From Eledone cirrhosa (Eukaryota), in assembly GCA_964016885.1 (NCBI GenBank), contig OZ024756.1, positions 13,702,001 to 13,766,000 of the forward strand: a DNA stretch of 64,000 nt, written 5' to 3'. The notes beneath the pieces were generated by a model. That model was not told the origin of the DNA, searched no databases, and saw only the letters and a program-made list of their open reading frames with translations. Of this stretch, positions 56,634 through 64,000 are shown piece by piece. The first letter of the stretch is position 1; each line of letters opens with the position of its first letter. A program made the position numbers and the translations under genes.

Positions 56634-57502
56634 GTTTGTAACTAAACTCTCCACATTTTGGTACTTTCTTCAAATACAGTGTATTCGCGGGCCCGGATCT
56701 TCGCAGAATTTTCCTTAGAACCTAACTAATAATTGTACGTAGACACCACCGCATATTCGCGGAATCGTAAATATCTTCCGCAATATTTTTTATGTATTTT
56801 TTCGTGGCAAGATTTTTTAACGCTAAATTATTAATAACTATATACCGTATTTGCCAGCCTATTGGACGCCCCTTCGTATAAGACACCCCCCCCCTCTTTT
56901 TTATTATATTTTACGTTATATTTTGTTGTTTATAAGCCATTTTTTATGGACCACATCCAATATTCGCGGTCTTCACTCTTCGCGAGTGCTCGAGGAACGT
57001 GACACATGAGTTATCGTTATAGGTATACAGTTAGAGGTTGTGAGTTCTCTGTATTGTGGATAGTTTTAACGTACGGCTTTGTTTGACTCAACAAGATGTT
57101 TCCATAGTTAGGTAGCGAGTTCGCGAGAATTCCTATGCAGGTTATACTTGAAGTAATAAAATGAAAGATTGAAGAATAACATGGTCGGCTGTACAACAAG
57201 GGACTTTATTTCAAGTATTAACAATTGTTTCATTGATCAGGTGAGTCTAAAGGCCGCTAATCACTCGAAGTTGCGTAACTCGACCTCAAATACAGTGTTT
57301 ACCTCTGATCAAATCCTCAGAATACTAGAGAACTCACATATGGCAATGGTATATATAGAGATACAGCGTAGAATCAAAACAATAACATCAATAATAAAAT
57401 ATAATGGTAAGTAGGTAAAGAAGTTACAGATGTAAAAAGTAAAAAGATATAAAGAAATAAAAAATAAGTAAAAGTATATAAGTACATAATACGATAGTTG
57501 AT

Positions 57503-57720
57503 AATAATGGTTTCTTATATAGGCACAAGGCCAGCAATTTTGGGGGAGGGGAAAGTCGATTAAATCGACCCCAGTGCGTGACTGGTACTTTATTTTATCG
57601 ACCCCCTAAGGATGAAAGGCAAAGTTAACCTCGGCGGGATTAGAACTCAGATCATAAAGGGCCGTAACGCTATACTGCAAAGCATGGCGTCCGATCCTCT
57701 ACCGATACTGCCAATCCACC
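57503..57720 (-). mobile_element. Family-1 SINE (further copies at 55797-55955 +, 58120-58258 -, 59588-59801 -, 59906-60072 +)
   Basis: Same B box and core sequence. Confidence 0.85.
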
Positions 57721-58485
57721 ACCCTACGGTAGTTGATAATAGTGGTGGTGAGTAAGTGTCTGTATAAGGATGTGGGTGGAGGTAGTACTAACATGAAAAG
57801 CAATATTAGATACATACATGTAGAGAGTAAGAGGTAGTGACAAATGACAGGTAAAAGAAAAAACAATAAATTAAAAATTGAGTAACGAGGATGAGACATA
57901 AGGGCTAAGGGTGGATGGAGAAGGGGGTTTTGATATGTGTGTGTGGTTAATATTTAGCCTGCTGATTGTCTTATCTTAATGGGTTTGATGTGGCTTCAGG
58001 GGGAGAGAGTGAAAGAAAGGTTAGGAGATTTATGATCTAGTGACCAGTCGGTTAGTTGACAGCTAATAACAGTGTGGTGGTATGTATTCCGTACGTTAAA
58101 ATCCGGGTGGTTCAGTTCGAATAATAATAATTGTTTCTACGTTTGGCACAAGGCCAGCAATTATCCAGTGTATTATTGGTACTTTATTTTATCGACCCCG
58201 TAAGGATGAAAGGCAAAGTTAACCTCGGCGGGATTTGAACTCAGATCATAAAGGGCCGTTTGAATAATAATAATAACAAAAGGGACAGAGTGTTAGATCA
58301 TGATTGCATTTATAGAGGAGTGACGCGCGTATTTCAAACAAATGAAACAGTTCTAGTCCTGTATAACTCATTTCTCTATATAATAAAGATATGTGTATGT
58401 ATATAAACTAGAGAAGCAATACAATGGGAACCTATCAGTAACCGACTCTGTTTCGCTAGTTTACCTTCCTTTGGTTTTTTTACAG

Positions 58486-58628
58486 CGAAATCTATCATTG
58501 AAATTCCTGATGTTCCCAGTAATTCCACAAACTCTACTACTGATCCGGGTATTATAAGAGAGGTTCCAGACAACGGTACACGTGAAGGTGTCCTTATCAA
58601 ACCAAAAGGCAACGGAACAACCATTGTG
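58486..58628 (+). CDS. Gene C exon 5 (post-VWA region; gene continues beyond what can be resolved here)
   Basis: ttttttacAG acceptor; open frame AKSIIEIPDVPSNSTNST...GNGTTIV with N-glycosylation sequons; GTG|GTAAGT donor; phase 1 in, phase 0 out. Confidence 0.8.
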
Positions 58629-58734
58629 GTAAGTACGTGCTACCATATTTAATATAAAGGAGGATCGTTAAATACCTGCTACCATCTACTAATATATAAT
58701 AGATTTGTGTCTATTTGTCCGTCACACCCAAGAG

Positions 58735-58937
58735 ATGACTGAAGGAAGGAGGGGTAATAATGTCGACTGAGGAAGGAGGGGGTGATAACGTCGACCGAGG
58801 AAGGAAGGGGTGAGAACGTCGACCGAGGAAGGAAGGGGTGATAACGTCGACCGAGGAAGGAAGGGGTGATAACGTCGACTGAGGAAGGGTGGGCGAGAAC
58901 GTCGACTGAGGAAGGGTGGGTGAGAACGTCGACTGAG
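58735..58937. repeat. Short minisatellite, ~26-30-bp unit
   Basis: GTGA(T/G)AACGTCGAC(C/T)GAGGAAGGAAGGGG repeated about 7 times. Confidence 0.85.
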
Positions 58938-59058
58938 GAAGGGGGGGTGAGAACGTCGGTTGTGTGTGTCCAAATGTATAGCGAATTGGCTACACATATT
59001 GGCTGTTATGTTTATGTGTTTGTATATGTGTGTTTGTGTGAATTATATTTATAAATAA

Positions 59059-59586
59059 CTCGCAGTGGTACCCGGCGTTGCACGGGATAAGGTATTTTGG
59101 AACGCGGGCCGCTACAACAAAAATGCAGGTTTTCACCTAATGCATTTTTTTAATGTGCATAATATGCCTTGAAATTTAGAGCAAATCGGCTAGACGTAAC
59201 GCCTCAAAAAAGCCCTAAAAAGCTGAAAAAATGAAGTTTTTCACCTAATCCGGGCCCTAGGCCATAAAAAAAGTTAGATTTTCTTTGCTCACGGTATGAA
59301 GAGACTGACTAATACATAGTTACAATTTCAAAGAAATCGGTCTGACGTAACGCCTAAAAAAAAACCCTAAAAAGCTTTTTAAAAAACGCAGTTTTTCACC
59401 TAATGCGGGCCCTAGGGGATCAAAAAATTGAATTTTTTTATGTGCATAACACTCCCTGAAACATAAGTAATACACATGTAAAGTTTGAAAAAATCAGTTG
59501 GGAACTTCTCGAGTTTTAGGGATTCAAACTCACACACACACACACACACACAAACAAACAAACATCCTCAGTTTTATATATATAGA
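59059..59586 (-). mobile_element. Non-autonomous Helitron
   Basis: - strand 5' A|TCTATATATATAAAA, internal (GT)n, 3' hairpin CCCGTGCAACGCCGGG followed by CGAG|T (decayed CTAG); no TSD, A/T insertion site. Confidence 0.75.
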
Positions 59587-60539
59587 TGATTTCTAGTATA
59601 GGCACAAGGCCAGTAATTTGGGGGAGGGGAAAGTCAATTAAATTGACCCCAGTGCGTGATTGGTACTTTATTTTATCGACCCTGTAAGGATGAAAGGCAA
59701 AGTTAACCTCGGCGAGATTTGAACTCAGACTATAAAGGACCGTAACTCTATGCTGCAAAGAATGGCGTCCGACCCGCTACCGATACTGCCAATCCACCGC
59801 CTTTATAAATACTATGTGAGTGTATATGTGTTTATTTAGAAAGGTACATAGACAATAGAAATACAAATACACACACATCTACATATATATATATATAAAC
59901 AGACATAGGGTCGGACGCCATGTTTTGACACAAAGAGTTACGACCCTTTCCATTCTGAGTTCAAATCCCGCCGAGGTTAACTTTGCCTTTCATCCTTATG
60001 GGGTCGATAAAATAAAGTACCAGTAATGCACTGTGTAATTGCTGGCCTTGTGCTAAAAGTGGAAACAATAATTATAACATACACACACATCTATGTGATG
60101 ACTGAGGAAGGAGGGGGCTGAGAAACTATTGAAATCCAGGGTTCTAAGATTTGTCACACTTGTGTGTGTGTGTGAATGTGTGTGTATGTGTGCGTAGCGA
60201 TTTGGCTACACACATTGACTATGTGTTTGAATCACTTGTGTGAGTGAACGCAAACGAACCAACCAACAAACCAGCCAGCCAACAAATAAACAGCTCTTTT
60301 TTTTATATATTATGTATAGATATTGCAATTAATGTAAATATAAAATGAAACTCCGTCGGTTTCAACGATGATTGTCCTTATTGTTCGATGAACGGAAAAC
60401 AGCCGACTGGTTAAATTGTACATTTCACAGTTCAAATCCCACCTCCTGCCACCTCAGAATCGCTGACGGGACAAATAACAAAGGCTAATGGAAATATGCT
60501 ATCCTTGGTCCGATCTGAGTATCGGCTACTTTCATCATC

Positions 60540-63500
60540 ATCGTCGTCGTCGTTGTTGTTGTTGTTGTTGTTGATGTTTGCTGCTGCAGTTGTTGATGTT
60601 TGCTGCTGCAGTTGTTGATGCTGTTGCAGTTGTTGTTTGCTGTTGCAGTTGTTGATGTTTGCTGCTGCAGTTGTTGATGCTGTTGCAGTTGTTGTTTGCT
60701 GCTGCAGTTGTTGATGTTTGTTGCTGTTGTTGATGTTTGCTGCTGCAGTTGTTGTTTGCTGCTGCAGTTGTTGATGCTGCTGCAGTTGTTGATGCTGTTG
60801 CAGTTGTTGGATGCTGTTGTTGTTGTTTGCTGCTGCAGTTGTTGATGTTTGTTGCTGTTGTTGATGTTTGCTGCTGCAGTTGTTGTTTGCTGTTGTTGTT
60901 GTTTGCTGCTGCAGTTGTTGTTTGCTGTTGTTGTTGTTTGCTGCTGCAGTTGTTGTTTGCTGCTGCAGTTGTTGTTTGCTGCTGTAGTTGTTGATGTTTG
61001 CTGCTGCAGTTGTTGATGTTTGCTGCTGCTGTTGTTGTTGTTTGCTGCTGCAGTTGTTGATGTTTGCTGCTGCAGTTGATGTTTGCTGCTGCAGTTGTTG
61101 ATGTTTGTTGCTGTTGTTGATGTTTGCTGCTGCAGTTGTTGTTTGCTGTTGTTGTTGTTTGCTGCTGCAGTTGTTGTTTGCTGTTGCAGTTGTTGTTTGC
61201 TGTTGCAGTTGTTGATGTTTGCTGTTGCAGTTGTTGTTTGCTGTTGTTGTTGTTTGCTGTTGTTGTTTGCTGTTGCAGTTGTTGATGTTTGCTGCTGCAG
61301 TTGTTGATGTTTGCTGCAGCAGTTGTTGATGTTTGCTGCTGCAGTTGTTGTTTGCTGTTGCAGTTGTTGTTTGCTGTTGTTGTTGTTTGCTGCTGCAGTT
61401 GTTGTTTGCTGTTGCAGTTGTTGATGTTTGCTGCTGCAGTTGTTGCTTGCTGTTGCAGTTGTTGTTTGCTGTTGTTGTTGTTTGCTGCTGCAGTTGTTGT
61501 TTGCTGTTGCAGTTGTTGATGTTTGCTGTTGCAGTTGTTGTTTGCTGTTGCAGTTGTTGTTTGCTGTTGCAGTTGTTGTTTGCTGTTGTTGTTGTTTGCT
61601 GTTGTTGATGTTTGCTGCTGCAGTTGTTGTTTGCTGTTGCAGTTGTTGTTTGCTGTTGCAGTTGTTGATGTTTGCTGCTGCAGTTGTTGATGTTTGCTGC
61701 TGCAGTTGTTGTTTGCTGTTGCAGTTGTTGTTTGCTGTTGTTGTTGTTTGCTGCTGCAGTTGTTGTTTGCTGTTGCAGTTGTTGATGTTTGCTGCTGCAG
61801 TTGTTGTTTGCTGTTGTTGTTGTTTGCTGCTGCAGTTGTTGTTTGCTGTTGCAGTTGTTGATGTTTGCTGCTGCAGTTGTTGATGTTTGCTGCTGCAGTT
61901 GTTTGCTGCTGCAGTTGTTGATGTTTGCTGCTGCAGTTGTTGTTTGCTGTTGCAGTTGTTGATGTTTGCTGCTGCAGTTGTTGTTTGCTGCTGCAGTTGT
62001 TGATGTTTGCTGCTGCAGTTGTTGTTTGCTGCTGCAGTTGTTGTTTGCTGTTGCAGTTGTTGATGTTTGTTGCTGTTGTTGATGTTTGCTGCTGCAGTTG
62101 TTGATGTTTGCTGCTGCAGTTGATGTTTGCTGCTGCAGTTGTTGATGTTTGCTGCTGCAGTTGTTGATGTTTGCTGCTGCAGTTGTTGTTTGCTGCTGCA
62201 GTTGTTGATGTTTGCTGCTGCAGTTGTTGTTTGCTGCTGCAGTTGTTGATGTTTGCTGCTGCAGTTGTTGATGTTTGCTGCTGCAGTTGTTGTTTGCTGC
62301 TGCAGTTGTTGTTTGCTGCTGCAGTTGTTGATGTTTGCTGCTGCAGTTGTTGATGTTTGCTGCTGCAGTTGTTGTTTGCTGCTGCAGTTGTTGATGTTTG
62401 CTGTTGCAGTTGTTGATGTTTGCTGCTGCAGTTGTTGATGTTTGCTGCTGCAGTTGTTGTTTGCTGCTGCAGTTGTTGATGTTTGCTGCTGCAGTTGTTG
62501 TTTGCTGTTGCAGTTGTTGATGTTTGTTGCTGTTGTTGATGATGTTTGCTGCTGCAGTTGTTGATGTTTGCTGCTGCAGTTGTTGTTTGCTGCTGCAGTT
62601 GTTGATGTTTGCTGCTGCAGTTGTTGATGTTTGCTGCTGCAGTTGTTGTTTGCTGTTGCAGTTGTTGATGTTTGCTGCTGCAGTTGTTGATGTTTGCTGC
62701 TGCAGTTGTCGTTTGCTGTTGCAGTTGTTGATGTTTGCTGCTGCAGTTGTTGATGTTTGCTGCTGCAGTTGTTGATGCTGCTGCAGTTGTTGATGTTTGC
62801 TGCTGCAGTTGTTGATGTTTGCTGCTGCAGTTGTTGTTTGCTGTTGCAGTTGTTGTTTGCTGTTGCAGTTGTTGATGTTTGTTGCTGTTGTTGATGTTTG
62901 CTGCTGCAGTTGTTGTTTGCTGTTGCAGTTGTTGATGTTTGCTGTTGCAGTTGTTGATGTTTGCTGTTGCAGTTGTTGTTGCTGTTGCAGTTGTTGATGT
63001 TTGCTGCTGCAGTTGTTGATGCTGTTGCTGTTGTTGATGTTTGCTGCTGCAGTTGTTGATGTTTGCTGCTGCAGTTGTTGATGTTTGCTGCTGCAGTTGT
63101 TGTTGCTGTTGTTGATGTTTGCTGCTACAGTTGTTGATGTTTGCTGTTGCAGTTGTTGATGTTTGCTGCTGCAGTTGTTGATGTTTGCTGCTGCAGTTGT
63201 TGATGTTTGCTGCTGCAGTTGTTGATGTTTGCTGCTGCAGTTGTTGATGCTGTTGCTGCTGTTGTTGATGTTTGCGGCTGCAGTTGTTGATGTTTGCTGC
63301 TGCAGTTGTTGATGTTTGCTGCTGTAGTTATTGATATTTGTTGCTGCAGTTGTTGATGCTGTTGCTGTTGTTGATGTTTGCTGCTGCAGTTGTTGATGCT
63401 GTTGTTGATGTTTCCTGCTGCAGTTGTTGTTGCTGTTGTTGATGTTTGCTGCTACAGTTGTTGATGTTTGCTGTTGCAGTTGTTGATGTTTGCTGCTGCA

Positions 63501-64000
63501 GTTGTTGATGTTTGCTGCTGCAGTTGTTGATGTTTGCTGCTGCAGTTGTTGATGTTTGCTGCTGCAGTTGTTGATGCTGTTGCTGCTGTTGTTGATGTTT
63601 GCGGCTGCAGTTGTTGATGTTTGCTGCTGCAGTTGTTGATGTTTGCTGCTGTAGTTATTGATGTTTGTTGCTGCAGTTGTTGTTTGTTGCTGCAGTTGTT
63701 GATGCTGTTGCTGTTGTTGATGTTTGCTGCTGCAGTTGTTGATGCTGTTGCAGTTGTTGATGTTTGCTGCTGCAGTTGTTGATGTTTGCTGCTGCAGTTG
63801 TTGATGTTTGCTGCTGCAGTTGTTGATGTTTGCTGTTGCAGTTGTTGATGTTTGCTGTTGTTGATGCTGTTGCAGTTGTTGATGTTTGCTGCTGCAGTTG
63901 TTGATGCTGCTGCAGTTGTTGATGTTTGCTGCTGCAGTTGTTGATGTTAGTTGTTGATGCTGTTGTTGATGTTTGCAGCTGTTGATGCTGTTGCAGTTGT
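60540..64000. repeat. Compound GTT/GCT/GCA satellite, dominant 22-bp unit, runs off the window
   Basis: GTTGTTGATGTTTGCTGCTGCA and shorter variants. Confidence 0.95.

Noticed and set aside
60737-62997. Cys/Leu/Ala-rich ORFs
   Set aside because: Translations of the GTT/GCT satellite.

Overview
Eukaryotic, very repeat-rich genomic DNA, most likely a coleoid cephalopod (octopus-like). This is inferred from the dense (TA)n/(CA)n microsatellites, abundant tRNA-derived SINEs with a Deu/Nin-type core, and a reflectin-type motif. Three host genes are supported. (1) Internal phase-2 exons of a low-complexity + strand gene (2364-2777, 4585-5700, possibly 15062-15898). (2) An intronless 883-aa CDS on the - strand (22821-25472) carrying one embedded reflectin-like motif; this is the most interesting signal. 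(3) The 5' part of a secreted protein gene on + (five exons, 49663-58628): signal peptide, lysozyme/lytic-transglycosylase-like domain, then a VWA domain. The rest is transposon debris (R4/Dong-like, Tx1/L1-like, RTE, Penelope with minimal hammerhead ribozyme folds, mariner, hAT and Tc1-type MITEs, a Helitron), several satellites, and a family of near-perfect hairpin elements. Most long ORFs in the supplied track are simple-repeat artefacts. All calls were made by eye; no searches were run.
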